A stretch of DNA of 64,000 nt from Candidatus Nanosyncoccus sp. (GTDB taxonomy: Bacteria; Patescibacteriota; Saccharimonadia; Saccharimonadales; Saccharimonadaceae), in the NCBI GenBank assembly GCA_045586015.1, contig JAZMZP010000013.1, positions 2,374-66,373 on the forward strand, in the 5' to 3' direction. The position numbers were made by a program, and so were the translations under genes. The notes under the pieces were generated by a model, which worked only from the letters and a program-made list of their open reading frames with translations, had not been told where the DNA came from and made no database searches. Positions 26,458 through 35,588 of the stretch are shown piece by piece (the stretch's first letter is position 1; every line of letters starts with the position of its first letter).

Positions 26458-27039
26458 ATGAATCGTCGGCTCGTTGAGGTTTTTCGTCTCAACCACAAGG
26501 AGATTCTAGATTGTCGGACAAAGGGTAGAGTTCTGTCCGATTATTTAGAGTGTGTGATGACTCAGGCTCTGAAGCGAATTAAAGAAAGAAAGGGTCTAGA
26601 ATGGGACAACTACACCCTCGCAACGGAAGAAGCAAGAATTCATTCTATGCTGAGGATAGGAGATTATATCCGAATAGACGAGGTCGACCAAGCCTTGATG
26701 GTTGCGAGAGTCTTTAAGGGTCCCATTCCACAGAAGAGCGAGGATGGGCGTACTGACTTTGGTTGGCTCGAGTTTAAGGAAGACAATCTTGGCTCGTTAT
26801 ACGAGAAGATTAAGCCGGTTACCGGATACGAGCTTAGCCTCATCCTTGATTCGTTAAAAGAGACGCTGCCGCCATCCCAATACGAAATAATTCGTCATTA
26901 TCTGTCGATGGCATGGAAGGCTCCGTATGCTTATACTGCCGCAGAATGCGAAAGTCTAATCGCGGCAATCACAAACATCCAGGAGATTCGGCTAATGCGT
27001 AATAAAATTTACGCAATAATGAGCGGAACTCTGTATTAA
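26458..27039 (+). CDS. hypothetical protein (193 aa)
   Basis: ORF with a weak SD (AAAGGA) and a terminator downstream. No recognisable motif. Confidence 0.65.
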   Translation: MNRRLVEVFRLNHKEILDCRTKGRVLSDYLECVMTQALKRIKERKGLEWDNYTLATEEARIHSMLRIGDYIRIDEVDQALMVARVFKGPIPQKSEDGRTDFGWLEFKEDNLGSLYEKIKPVTGYELSLILDSLKETLPPSQYEIIRHYLSMAWKAPYAYTAAECESLIAAITNIQEIRLMRNKIYAIMSGTLY

Positions 27040-27047
27040 CCTTTAGG

Positions 27048-27072
27048 CTCCCGACTAAGTCGGGGGCTTTTT
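27048..27072 (+). terminator. intrinsic terminator
   Basis: cccgac-taa-gtcggg (plus flanking pairs), then CTTTTT. Confidence 0.65.
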
Positions 27073-27073
27073 G

Positions 27074-27082
27074 TGTTATAAT
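27074..27082 (+). promoter_or_regulatory. extended -10 (TGTTATAAT) exactly 6 nt upstream of the murD ATG (leaderless architecture)
   Basis: tgttataat-attctt-ATGaaa. Confidence 0.6.
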
Positions 27083-27088
27083 ATTCTT

Positions 27089-28339
27089 ATGAAAATAGCA
27101 TTATTAGGTTATGGTAAAGAAGGTAAATCTGCCGAAGCATATCTAAAAAACCATTTCGAAAACACCGAGATTGACATTTTTGAAAATTTCAAACCCGAAG
27201 AGATAAAAGTTAAGGATTTTTCATTTTATGATATGATTTTTCGTTCCCCGTCTGTCCCGCCCCTTAATCTTGAGAACGAAACCGGTATCACGAAGTTCTT
27301 TTTCGACCACTGTCCCTGCCCGATTATCGGTGTCACCGCGACAAAAGGCAAGGGGACGACCTGTTCTTTCATTAAAGCTCTATTAGATGCCATGAACGAA
27401 AAAGCTTATCTCGTCGGAAACATCGGTGCCCCAGCTATTGATATCCTCGACGAACTCGACGATAATTCCGTCGTTGTCTATGAAATGTCCAGTTTCCAAC
27501 TCTGGGACCTCAAAAAATCCCCAAAAGTTGCCGTTCTCGGTCAGTTAGAGCCCGATCATCTTAACATTCATAAAGATTACGAAGATTATCTAAACGCAAA
27601 AGCGAATATTACAAGGTACCAAAACGAAACTGACTATCTAATCTATTTCAAAAATAACCCCGAAACAGTAAAAATCGCCGAAACCTCGAAAGCTCAAAAA
27701 ATACCCTATCCTTTCGAAATCCCAGAGGAAGTTAAATCTGCGATTAAAATCCCGGGTCAACATAATAGCGAGAACGCTATCGCCGCGATTGCCGCGGTCG
27801 CAAGTTATAAAAATATCTCACCAGATGAATATTTAAGAGAGTATAAAGCTGAAATTATAGAGGGCCTCGAAAGTTTCAAAGGCCTTCCGCATCGTCTAGA
27901 ATTTCTCCGCGAGCTAAATGGAGTCAAATACTATGATGATAATTTCTCGACTAACCCCTCCTCGACTCGCGTCGCCGTTAACGCTTTCCCGGACGACAAT
28001 CTTGTCGTTATTGTTGGCGGGCGCGATAAAACCGACTACGAAGATCTTCTCGAAATCTATGAAATTCTAAAAGCTCCCCAGGTCAAGAAGATTGTCCTTC
28101 TCGGCGAATCTGGCCACGAACTTAAAAACAGATACGAAGACGACCGCTTTATTCTCGCCGAATCCTTAAAAGAAGCCGTCGAAACCGCGAAAAAACTAGC
28201 TGAAGAGAGCGCCTACGATTCTTCCGAAAAAAACACCGTCGTCTTAATGTCCCCCGCTGCCGCTTCGTTTGATATGTTCGAAAATGTTTATGACCGCGGC
28301 GACCAATTTAAATCATTAATTGCTAATTTAGAAGTTTAA
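27089..28339 (+). CDS. murD: UDP-N-acetylmuramoylalanine--D-glutamate ligase
   Basis: Mur ligase P-loop GVTATKGKGTT, HNSENAIAAIA and GLPHRLE motifs. ~416 aa from MKIALLGYGKEG. Confidence 0.85.
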   Translation: MKIALLGYGKEGKSAEAYLKNHFENTEIDIFENFKPEEIKVKDFSFYDMIFRSPSVPPLNLENETGITKFFFDHCPCPIIGVTATKGKGTTCSFIKALLDAMNEKAYLVGNIGAPAIDILDELDDNSVVVYEMSSFQLWDLKKSPKVAVLGQLEPDHLNIHKDYEDYLNAKANITRYQNETDYLIYFKNNPETVKIAETSKAQKIPYPFEIPEEVKSAIKIPGQHNSENAIAAIAAVASYKNISPDEYLREYKAEIIEGLESFKGLPHRLEFLRELNGVKYYDDNFSTNPSSTRVAVNAFPDDNLVVIVGGRDKTDYEDLLEIYEILKAPQVKKIVLLGESGHELKNRYEDDRFILAESLKEAVETAKKLAEESAYDSSEKNTVVLMSPAAASFDMFENVYDRGDQFKSLIANLEV

Positions 28340-29599
28340 CCTAGTTTCCAAACCAGAAATAAACGCCTTCTCGGTCGAAGAAACAGCCGCGAAGCCCTTT
28401 ATACCAGAACCTGCGAACTCGCGCGCGAGCTCAATCATTTTTGCCTTGTCTATCCCCTTAATCAAATTCGGCATATTATCATATCGCTCAATAGTCCCAT
28501 TTGTAAAATAGCCGTCCGCATAATAATCCGCAATCTGCCCAACCGTTTGTGCCCCCATCTGAAATCGCCCTAAGGCATATGATTTTGCTGCCTCGAAATC
28601 TTTTTCCTCAATTTCGCCATTTAAAGCCTTCATCAGCTCAACCTGGATTAATTCAAACAACGCATCCGCATTCTCGACATTCACTTCGCCATCAAAATCC
28701 CAGTACGAATTCGTCGCGTTGCTTGCGACCGACGACCCCATACCATAAACAAGTCCGCGCTTCCTTGCCGTTCCGAATATTTTCGAATTTGTTGTTCCGT
28801 TTAAGATATGATTTAGACAATTCATCGCGAATACCTCATTCGGTTCTAAATGCCGAGGCGTTACAAGCGAAAAACCGAAGGTAATGTTCGAAGCATCTTT
28901 TCGCCGAATCGAAACTGCCTCTCCGGCGTGTAGGTCTGAAAACGGAATCTCGAATTTTTCGCCCTCTTTTAGCTCCCATTCCTCTAACATCCTAGCAATT
29001 TTATGCTTTCGCCCTCTAATTTTCCCCGCAACAATAAACAACATATTCTTCGCCGTATGCGTCCGGCGATAATGCTCGCGAATGTCTTTTAATTCGATAT
29101 TCGAAATCGTCTTCAATCTCTCCGGCAAATCTAAAATATCTTCCCCAACCGCTTGCTGAACTCTCGGCCACAACAACCGATAATAGTCATTCATATAACC
29201 AGTCAACTCGCTCCGTACATTCGCCTTCTCACTCTTTAACTCTTCCTCATTAAACCGCGGCTCGCAAATCGAAACTCGCTGTAAATTCATTATTCTTTCC
29301 CACTCAAAATCCGCGCATTCCGTCTCATAACAAACCGAAATATCACTCGTCCAAGCGTTATGATAAGCACCATTTTTCGTAAACTCCGCCTCGAACGCCT
29401 GCTCATCTTTAAATTTCGCATTTGCCCCGAAAGCTAAATGCTCTACAAGATGCGGAATTTCATAAACCTCTTTCTTTCTGGCATACATCATCCCCGCCCG
29501 AAACTGAATTCGCGTCGCCATCACGCTCGCGCCCGGAATATCAATCAAAATTCCCCTCGCCCCATTTTTTAGCTGAATCTCCTCAACTGAATGTTTCAT
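28328..29599 (-). CDS. M16 (pitrilysin/insulinase) family zinc peptidase
   Basis: HxxEH zinc motif in IPHLVEHLAFG; 423 aa. Confidence 0.85.
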   Translation of the reverse strand: MKHSVEEIQLKNGARGILIDIPGASVMATRIQFRAGMMYARKKEVYEIPHLVEHLAFGANAKFKDEQAFEAEFTKNGAYHNAWTSDISVCYETECADFEWERIMNLQRVSICEPRFNEEELKSEKANVRSELTGYMNDYYRLLWPRVQQAVGEDILDLPERLKTISNIELKDIREHYRRTHTAKNMLFIVAGKIRGRKHKIARMLEEWELKEGEKFEIPFSDLHAGEAVSIRRKDASNITFGFSLVTPRHLEPNEVFAMNCLNHILNGTTNSKIFGTARKRGLVYGMGSSVASNATNSYWDFDGEVNVENADALFELIQVELMKALNGEIEEKDFEAAKSYALGRFQMGAQTVGQIADYYADGYFTNGTIERYDNMPNLIKGIDKAKMIELAREFAGSGIKGFAAVSSTEKAFISGLETRLNF

Positions 29600-29610
29600 A
29601 CTAATACAAT

Positions 29611-32412
29611 TTATTTACGACTCTTTTTGCGTGACTTTTTTCGCTTTTTTGAACCCGATTTCTTCGAGGCAACCTTTTTTGTTGCCGAGCGCTTCGGCGT
29701 TGATTTTTTAAATTCATCATCTAGATTCTTATCTCCAGCCGAAATTTCATTTACCCCTCTCTCCGTCTGGCCTTCTGCCATCTTTGTCAACTCCGATTCG
29801 TATTCTTCGCCGTCTGTTACATTATCCATCGCTGCTTCAGTCGGTGTAATCGAAAGTAGAATCTTCAAAACTTCCTCGCGCAAATTCCTCTGTAAACCGT
29901 CAAATAATTTCTGTGACTCCGAGCGGTATTCAACTAACGGATCTCTCTGACCAACTGAACGCCAGTGAATTCCTTCGCGTAAATGTTGCATATTCTCGAG
30001 GTGTTGCATCCATAAAGTATCAAGCACCTTTAGATACACCTCGCGCTCAACTTTTCGCATCGTTTCCGCACCAAATTCATCCTCTTTTTTCTTATAAGCT
30101 TCCTCAACTGCCTCAAGCGCTAATTTATAACGCTCTTTCTCTTTCCGCTTTAGCCCAATTTCGTGAATTAAATCATTATCAAAATCAAATACCGACTTAA
30201 ATTCTTCATCGAAATTCTTATTCACGCGCGACGAAAATTCAGTCAACATCGCAACTTCTTCGCGCATCAATCTCTGAATTTCCGGATATATTTCCTCGCC
30301 ATCGAGAATCTTCCTCCGCATCATATAAACGACTTTACGATGACGATTAATTACGTTATCGTATTGAACGACATTTTTACGGGAATCGAAATTGAATCCT
30401 TCAATTCTCTTTTGCGCCGCCTCGAGAGTTCTCGAAATCGCTTTCGTTTGAATCGGCGTTTCTTCATCTACTCCGAGTCGAGTCATTAACATCTTTACTC
30501 GATCACCCTGGAAAATACGCATCAAATCATCTTCGCACGAAACAAAGAATTGCGTCGTTCCCGGATCGCCCTGACGACCACCGCGACCTCTTAGCTGGTT
30601 ATCAACTCGCCTTGAATCGTGTCGCTCCGAGCCAATCACTACTAAACCACCGAGCTCCTTTACACCTTCGCCGAGTTTAATATCGGTACCACGACCCGCC
30701 ATATTCGTCGCAAGCGTAATCGCACCTTTCTCGCCCGCCTTTGCGATAATCGCCGCCTCACGCTCGTTATTCTTTGCGTTTAAAATCTCATAAGGCAACT
30801 TATAACCATCGAGATAACGCGCAATTTCCTCGTTGTTCGCAATCGAACCCGAACCAACTAGTACCGGCTGACCTTTTTCGTGATACTTCTTGATTTCTTC
30901 CGCAATCGCTTTTAATTTTCCGGCTTTAGTCTTATAGATTAAATCATCTTTATCAACACGGATAATCGGCTTATTCGGTGGAATCTGAATTACATCTAGA
31001 GCATAAATCTGTTGGAATTCTTCTGCTTCCGTAAATGCCGTACCGGTCATCCCAGACAACTTCTTATACAAACGGAAGAAATTCTGGAACGAAATCGTCG
31101 CTAGAGTCATCGATTCTTGTTTTACTACGACGCCTTCTTTCGCTTCAATCGCCTGGTGTAAACCTTCATTATAGCGTCGCCCTTGCATTAACCGTCCAGT
31201 ATGCTCATCGACGATGATAACTTCGCCCGAATTCGTTACCACATAATCTTTATCGCGTTTAAAGATAATCTCTGCCCGAATTGCTTGTTCAAGATGATAA
31301 ACCAAGCGCGTATTCTTCGTCGAATATAGATTATCGACTCCTAGAATACCTTGTATTTTCTCGATACCTTTATCAGTCAAAGTTACCGAACGGCGCTTTT
31401 CGTCGAAAATATAATCTTCCGGCGTCAATCTTGCTGCAACTTTCGCAAATTGATAATAAGATTCCGGATTGTCTGCCGACGGAGCCGAAATAATAAGCGG
31501 TGTTCTCGCTTCATCGATTAAAATTGAGTCGACCTCATCCACAATCGCAAAATTAAGCTCTCTCTGACGGAGATATTGTACCTCACTCGTCATATTATCG
31601 CGTAGATAATCGAATCCGAACTCATTGTTCGTTCCGTAAGTAATATCCGCATTGTAAGCTTCTTTTCTTGTTGCCGGGCGTAGGTGCTTAAATCTATCGT
31701 CAGCGTGCTCATCATTTTCGTATTCCGGATCATAAACAAACGAAGCATTATTAATGATTACCCCGACTGAAAGCCCAAGAAAATCATAAATCGGGCCATT
31801 CCAACCCGCATCACGTTGTGCCAAATAATCATTTACAGTCACAACGTGAACTCCGCGACCCGTCAAACCGTTTAAATATGCCGGTAACATCGCGACCAAG
31901 GTCTTACCTTCGCCAGTTTTCATCTCGGCGACCGCACCTTCATTTAGAACCATACCACCGATTAACTGTACATCGTACGGACGAAGTCCTAAAATACGTT
32001 TCGCCGCCTCTCTTGCGACCGCAAACGCGTCTGGCAGTAATTCATTCAAAATCTTCGTGTCATCAACCGGCTGGCGCTTCTTGCCGGCCTTCTTTTTAGC
32101 TTTCTTGCTAGTTTTTTCAGTCTCTTTTTCGGTTTTTGCGGTTTTTAATGCTTTCTGAATCTTGGCTTTAAAGATTTCTGTCTGTTCCCGGAGCTCCTCG
32201 TCGCTCATTTTTTCATATTTTGGCTCTAATTTGTTGATTTCTTGTGCCCGTTTCCATAGTTTTCTTAAAATTTTCTTCTGGGCGTCGCCAAAAATCCCCT
32301 GTAAAAACTTCGTTAAAGCGGTTCGATCCGCTAACTTATCGGTCGGTTTTTTCTCTTTCCGGCCTTTTGATTTTTTGCTGGACAAAACAGCCTTATCAGT
32401 TTTTTTCGTCAT
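29611..32412 (-). CDS. secA: preprotein translocase ATPase SecA (Lys-rich N- and C-terminal extensions, no C-terminal zinc finger)
   Basis: MKTGEGKTLVA Walker A, DEVDSILIDEARTPLIIS, TNMAGRGTDIKLG; 933 aa. Confidence 0.96.
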   Translation of the reverse strand: MTKKTDKAVLSSKKSKGRKEKKPTDKLADRTALTKFLQGIFGDAQKKILRKLWKRAQEINKLEPKYEKMSDEELREQTEIFKAKIQKALKTAKTEKETEKTSKKAKKKAGKKRQPVDDTKILNELLPDAFAVAREAAKRILGLRPYDVQLIGGMVLNEGAVAEMKTGEGKTLVAMLPAYLNGLTGRGVHVVTVNDYLAQRDAGWNGPIYDFLGLSVGVIINNASFVYDPEYENDEHADDRFKHLRPATRKEAYNADITYGTNNEFGFDYLRDNMTSEVQYLRQRELNFAIVDEVDSILIDEARTPLIISAPSADNPESYYQFAKVAARLTPEDYIFDEKRRSVTLTDKGIEKIQGILGVDNLYSTKNTRLVYHLEQAIRAEIIFKRDKDYVVTNSGEVIIVDEHTGRLMQGRRYNEGLHQAIEAKEGVVVKQESMTLATISFQNFFRLYKKLSGMTGTAFTEAEEFQQIYALDVIQIPPNKPIIRVDKDDLIYKTKAGKLKAIAEEIKKYHEKGQPVLVGSGSIANNEEIARYLDGYKLPYEILNAKNNEREAAIIAKAGEKGAITLATNMAGRGTDIKLGEGVKELGGLVVIGSERHDSRRVDNQLRGRGGRQGDPGTTQFFVSCEDDLMRIFQGDRVKMLMTRLGVDEETPIQTKAISRTLEAAQKRIEGFNFDSRKNVVQYDNVINRHRKVVYMMRRKILDGEEIYPEIQRLMREEVAMLTEFSSRVNKNFDEEFKSVFDFDNDLIHEIGLKRKEKERYKLALEAVEEAYKKKEDEFGAETMRKVEREVYLKVLDTLWMQHLENMQHLREGIHWRSVGQRDPLVEYRSESQKLFDGLQRNLREEVLKILLSITPTEAAMDNVTDGEEYESELTKMAEGQTERGVNEISAGDKNLDDEFKKSTPKRSATKKVASKKSGSKKRKKSRKKSRK

Positions 32413-32452
32413 AAGCCTCCAAACAGAATTATATCCCCTTTATTCTACCATA

Positions 32453-32815
32453 TTATTTCTTTCTAATAAAGAGTTTTCGCCAATTTTTCTTCTGGCGATG
32501 AGGCTGTGACTCGAGTTTATAACGCCGGATTTGTCCAGTTAATTTTGCCTCAACTAAATCAACCCCCGCGAAGACGTTAGAACACTCATCTTTTGCCGCA
32601 ATAACTTTCCCGCCAGGAATGTCCATCGCGACTGATATTTCGTATTTTTCTCCTTTACTTTTACCGATTTCGGAAACAATCGTTTTTACTACTACGTCTT
32701 TTTTAGAACCGCGCGGTAGATATTTATCTAACTTCCCGATTCTTTTCTCAACGTATTTCTTAAACGGTTCTTCAACTTTGTAACCATTTCCGCTTATTTC
32801 TATTTTGTCAATCAT
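32453..32815 (-). CDS. hpf: ribosome hibernation promoting factor / RaiA family (short form)
   Basis: 120 aa; IEISGNGYKVEEPFKKYVEKRIGKLDKYL...VFAGVDLVEAKLTGQIRRYK. Confidence 0.8.
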   Translation of the reverse strand: MIDKIEISGNGYKVEEPFKKYVEKRIGKLDKYLPRGSKKDVVVKTIVSEIGKSKGEKYEISVAMDIPGGKVIAAKDECSNVFAGVDLVEAKLTGQIRRYKLESQPHRQKKNWRKLFIRKK

Positions 32816-32816
32816 T

Positions 32817-34061
32817 TTAGATCTCCTCTCTATTATTCATATATGGTCTCAAAACTTTCGGGACCTTCATCTTCCCACCCTCTTTTGCATAATTTTCCAA
32901 CAAAACCACCAGCGCCCTAGCTAGCGGAATCGCCGTCCCATTCAAAGTATGCACAAACTCAACCGTTCCGTCTTTTCTTCGTACACGGCAATTCACGGCT
33001 CTCGCTTGAAAGTCAGTACAGTTACTACAAGAAGTAATTTCTTGGTATTTTTGGTTCACTGGCGACCAGTATTCCATATCATATTTTTTCGCCGCTGGCG
33101 CACCTAAATCGCCCGCCGCGATATTAATAATATGATAAGGTATCTCAAGCCCTTGCCAAATCTCTTCCTCAATCTCTAGGATTTTCTCGTGCATTTCTTT
33201 ACTTTTTTCTGGTAGACAAAAAACATACATTTCGAGTTTATTAAACTGATGAACCCTGAAGAGACCGCGTGTGTATTTGCCGGCCGCCCCAGCTTCTTTT
33301 CTAAAACAAGCCGAATATCCAGCATAAAACAACGGCAATTTCTCTTCGTCGATTATCTCATCCATATGATAACCGGTAAGAGGCATTTCCGCAGTCGCAA
33401 TCATCGCCAAATCTTCGCCCTCGATATAATATTCATCACTCTGGTCAGAAGTTCGCGGGTTAAAGCCGCACCCTTCCAGTACCCTAGAAGAAACCATATC
33501 CGGCACTGTCATAAACGTAAAGCCGTGTTCGAGCACCTTCGAAAGTCCATATTGCAATAGTGCATTTTCAAGTAACGCTAAATCGCCTTTAAGATAATAA
33601 AACTTCGCTCCAGCCACTTTTGCGCCTCGTTCAAAATCAACCCAATCTCGGCTTACCGCATAATCTAAATGGTCAACACCGGACTTTTTATTCTCGCCCC
33701 ACTTCTTTATTTCAACACTACATTCCTCTCCTCCGAGCGGCACATCATCGAAAATAATATTCGGGATTACTTTTAACTTCGTCTTAAGTTCACTCTCGAC
33801 CTTCTCGAGCCCTTCCTCAAGTTTCACAAGCTCATTTTTGACCTTTTTACCTTGTTCTATTAAACTTGTTTCCGGTTTTCCGCCCTTCATCTTCGCCGCA
33901 ATCTCATTTTTCTGCCTTCGCAGTTCCTCTACCGTCGAAAGTTCTTCGCGTCTCTTTTCGTCTAGCTTCAAGATTTCTTTAATATTTATCTTATAACCCT
34001 TTTCTTTCGCCGATTTTTCTACAAGCTCAAGATTTTCTCGTATAAATTTTATGTCTAACAT
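32817..34061 (-). CDS. serS: seryl-tRNA synthetase
   Basis: MLDIKFIRENLELV..., class II motifs FRKEAGAAGKYTRGLFRVHQF and GTAIPLARALVVLLEN. Confidence 0.96.
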   Translation of the reverse strand: MLDIKFIRENLELVEKSAKEKGYKINIKEILKLDEKRREELSTVEELRRQKNEIAAKMKGGKPETSLIEQGKKVKNELVKLEEGLEKVESELKTKLKVIPNIIFDDVPLGGEECSVEIKKWGENKKSGVDHLDYAVSRDWVDFERGAKVAGAKFYYLKGDLALLENALLQYGLSKVLEHGFTFMTVPDMVSSRVLEGCGFNPRTSDQSDEYYIEGEDLAMIATAEMPLTGYHMDEIIDEEKLPLFYAGYSACFRKEAGAAGKYTRGLFRVHQFNKLEMYVFCLPEKSKEMHEKILEIEEEIWQGLEIPYHIINIAAGDLGAPAAKKYDMEYWSPVNQKYQEITSCSNCTDFQARAVNCRVRRKDGTVEFVHTLNGTAIPLARALVVLLENYAKEGGKMKVPKVLRPYMNNREEI

Positions 34062-34068
34062 ACCAAAT

Positions 34069-34077
34069 ATTATACCA
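34069..34077 (-). promoter_or_regulatory. extended -10 (TGGTATAAT) 7 nt upstream of the serS ATG (leaderless architecture)
   Basis: Minus strand reads tggtataat-atttggt-ATGtta. Confidence 0.55.
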
Positions 34078-34089
34078 TATATTTCCGAC

Positions 34090-34117
34090 TTGATTTTTTA
34101 AATTTCTGTGCTAAAAT
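34090..34117 (+). promoter_or_regulatory. promoter TTGATT-16-TGcTAAAAT for the small basic membrane protein gene
   Basis: ttgatt (34090-34095), 16-nt spacer, taaaat (34112-34117), with the TG extension. Confidence 0.55.
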
Positions 34118-34155
34118 AAGCGTAAGAATTATTTTTAAATAAAAAAGGAAGTTAT

Positions 34156-34362
34156 ATGGCACAAGCAAAAAAGAAACAAGCTACCAAAACCGCGAAGAAA
34201 CAAACTCGCAGTACTAAAACCGCGCAAAGAAAAACTGGTTCTAAGCAAGCTCGTCGTACTCAATGCGACAATACTGAGCGTAACCACATCTATTTTGTTA
34301 CTGTTCTGGGTTTGATTGCCGCAATCTTGCTCTGCGCAAATGCCGCGATGATGATGGTCTAA
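34156..34362 (+). CDS. small (68 aa) tail-anchored protein: Lys/Arg-rich N-terminus + C-terminal TM helix
   Basis: Own promoter and an AGGAAG SD. MAQAKKKQATKTAKKQTRSTK...IYFVTVLGLIAAILLCANAAMMMV. Confidence 0.55.
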   Translation: MAQAKKKQATKTAKKQTRSTKTAQRKTGSKQARRTQCDNTERNHIYFVTVLGLIAAILLCANAAMMMV

Positions 34363-35588
34363 ACGATTATTCCGCCGCCGAGACAAATCTCGCCGTCGTA
34401 GAATACAGCGCTCTGCCCCGAAGCAGGGCGCTTTATTTTATTCTCAAAATGTAACCTTTCCCCATCGAAACTTGCCGGAATTAAAGGTGCTCGATGTCGT
34501 AAACGAACTAAAAGATTTCTAACCGGCAACTGTGAACTGACTTTCCGGGGGCTTGCGGAGGTTACGACCGAGCATGAGGGCGCTTTCCCCGTGACGACGG
34601 GCGAAAGCGACCCGTCCCCCAGGAAGTCAAGTTCAAGTTGCCGTAATAAGACGTCTTTTAGTCTTAGCTCATTAGTCCATAAATTCTCATCATTCAAATT
34701 TTTCGAAACATAAACGATGTTCTTTTTCAAATCTTTCTTTACGACATAGTACGGCATTCCATCATTTACTACGCCTTTTTCGCCATTTAAATAAAGCCCG
34801 TGCCTTTGCCCAATTGTATAAAATACGGCTCCCTCGTGATATCCTAAGACTTTTTCACTTTCAACTTCGCGAATCTCGCCCGGTTTTATATCAATATATT
34901 CCTTCAAAAAATCCTTCATCCCGACCTCCCCGACAAAACACACCCCCATTGACTCTTTTTTATAAGCGTTATGCAGCCCATTTTCTTTCGCGAGCTTCTT
35001 TACTTCCGGTTTTTTCATCTCTCCGACCGGAAAAAGCGTATGGGCTAAAGCCTCATCGCTAATTCGATAGAGAAAATACGTCTGATCTTTATTTTCATCG
35101 ATAGCCCTAAGCAAGACGGGGGTATCTGAAAATGTTTGATTCGGGACCGTAAGCTTGGCCGAACGGCCTTGAGTGTGTCCCGAATCAAACATTTTAGATA
35201 CCCTAGTTCTTGCATAGTGTCCAGTCGCGATAAAATCCGCCCCTTCTTCCATCGCTTTCTCATAAAACAGCTTAAATTTAATCTCTTGATTACACATAAT
35301 ATCCGGATTCGGCGTATTCCCTTTTTTAAATTCCGAAAGCATATACTCGACGACTTTCTGTCGGTATGCTTCCTCAAAATCCCACACAAAAAAATCAATC
35401 CCAAGTTTCACAGCCACTCTCTTCGCATCTGCCAAATCCTCTGCCCACGGGCACTTCATCCCCGGAAGATCCCTAGACCAGTTTTTCATATAAACTCCAA
35501 CTACTTTATAACCCTGTTCTTTTAAAAGTAGTGCTGCTACACTCGAATCTACGCCCCCACTCATCCCGACATAAACCGTCTTAACCAT
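34359..35588 (-). CDS. mnmA: tRNA 2-thiouridine(34) synthase MnmA, carrying two in-frame insertions
   Basis: PP-loop GMSGGVDSSVAA, NPDIMCN, ATGHYAR, KDQTYFLY, SGQSAVFYDGEICLGGGII. Confidence 0.93.
   Translation of the reverse strand: MVKTVYVGMSGGVDSSVAALLLKEQGYKVVGVYMKNWSRDLPGMKCPWAEDLADAKRVAVKLGIDFFVWDFEEAYRQKVVEYMLSEFKKGNTPNPDIMCNQEIKFKLFYEKAMEEGADFIATGHYARTRVSKMFDSGHTQGRSAKLTVPNQTFSDTPVLLRAIDENKDQTYFLYRISDEALAHTLFPVGEMKKPEVKKLAKENGLHNAYKKESMGVCFVGEVGMKDFLKEYIDIKPGEIREVESEKVLGYHEGAVFYTIGQRHGLYLNGEKGVVNDGMPYYVVKKDLKKNIVYVSKNLNDENLWTNELRLKDVLLRQLELDFLGDGSLSPVVTGKAPSCSVVTSASPRKVSSQLPVRNLLVRLRHRAPLIPASFDGERLHFENKIKRPASGQSAVFYDGEICLGGGIIV
34545..34622. repeat. G+C-rich palindromic element inserted in-frame in the mnmA 3' part (family member 1)
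   Basis: ccgggggcttgcggag...gggcgctttccccgt-gacg-acgggcgaaagcgaccc...gtcccccagg. Shares termini with 36481-36588. Encodes DGSLSPVVTGKAPSCSVVTSASP, absent from MnmA homologues as I recall them. Confidence 0.6.
35120..35203. repeat. 84-nt hairpin element (27/26-nt inverted arms) inserted in-frame in mnmA
   Basis: gggtatctgaaaatgtttgattcggga - 31-nt loop containing ggcc-gaac-ggcc - tcccgaatcaaacattttagataccc. Its 28 codons fall between the conserved GHYAR and KDQTYFLY motifs. Confidence 0.7.

Noticed and set aside
35045-35525. ORFs 35045-35404 (-) and 35136-35525 (+) overlapping mnmA.
   Set aside because: They are alternative frames or the opposite strand of a gene with clear MnmA motifs; their open frames partly arise from the palindromic insert.
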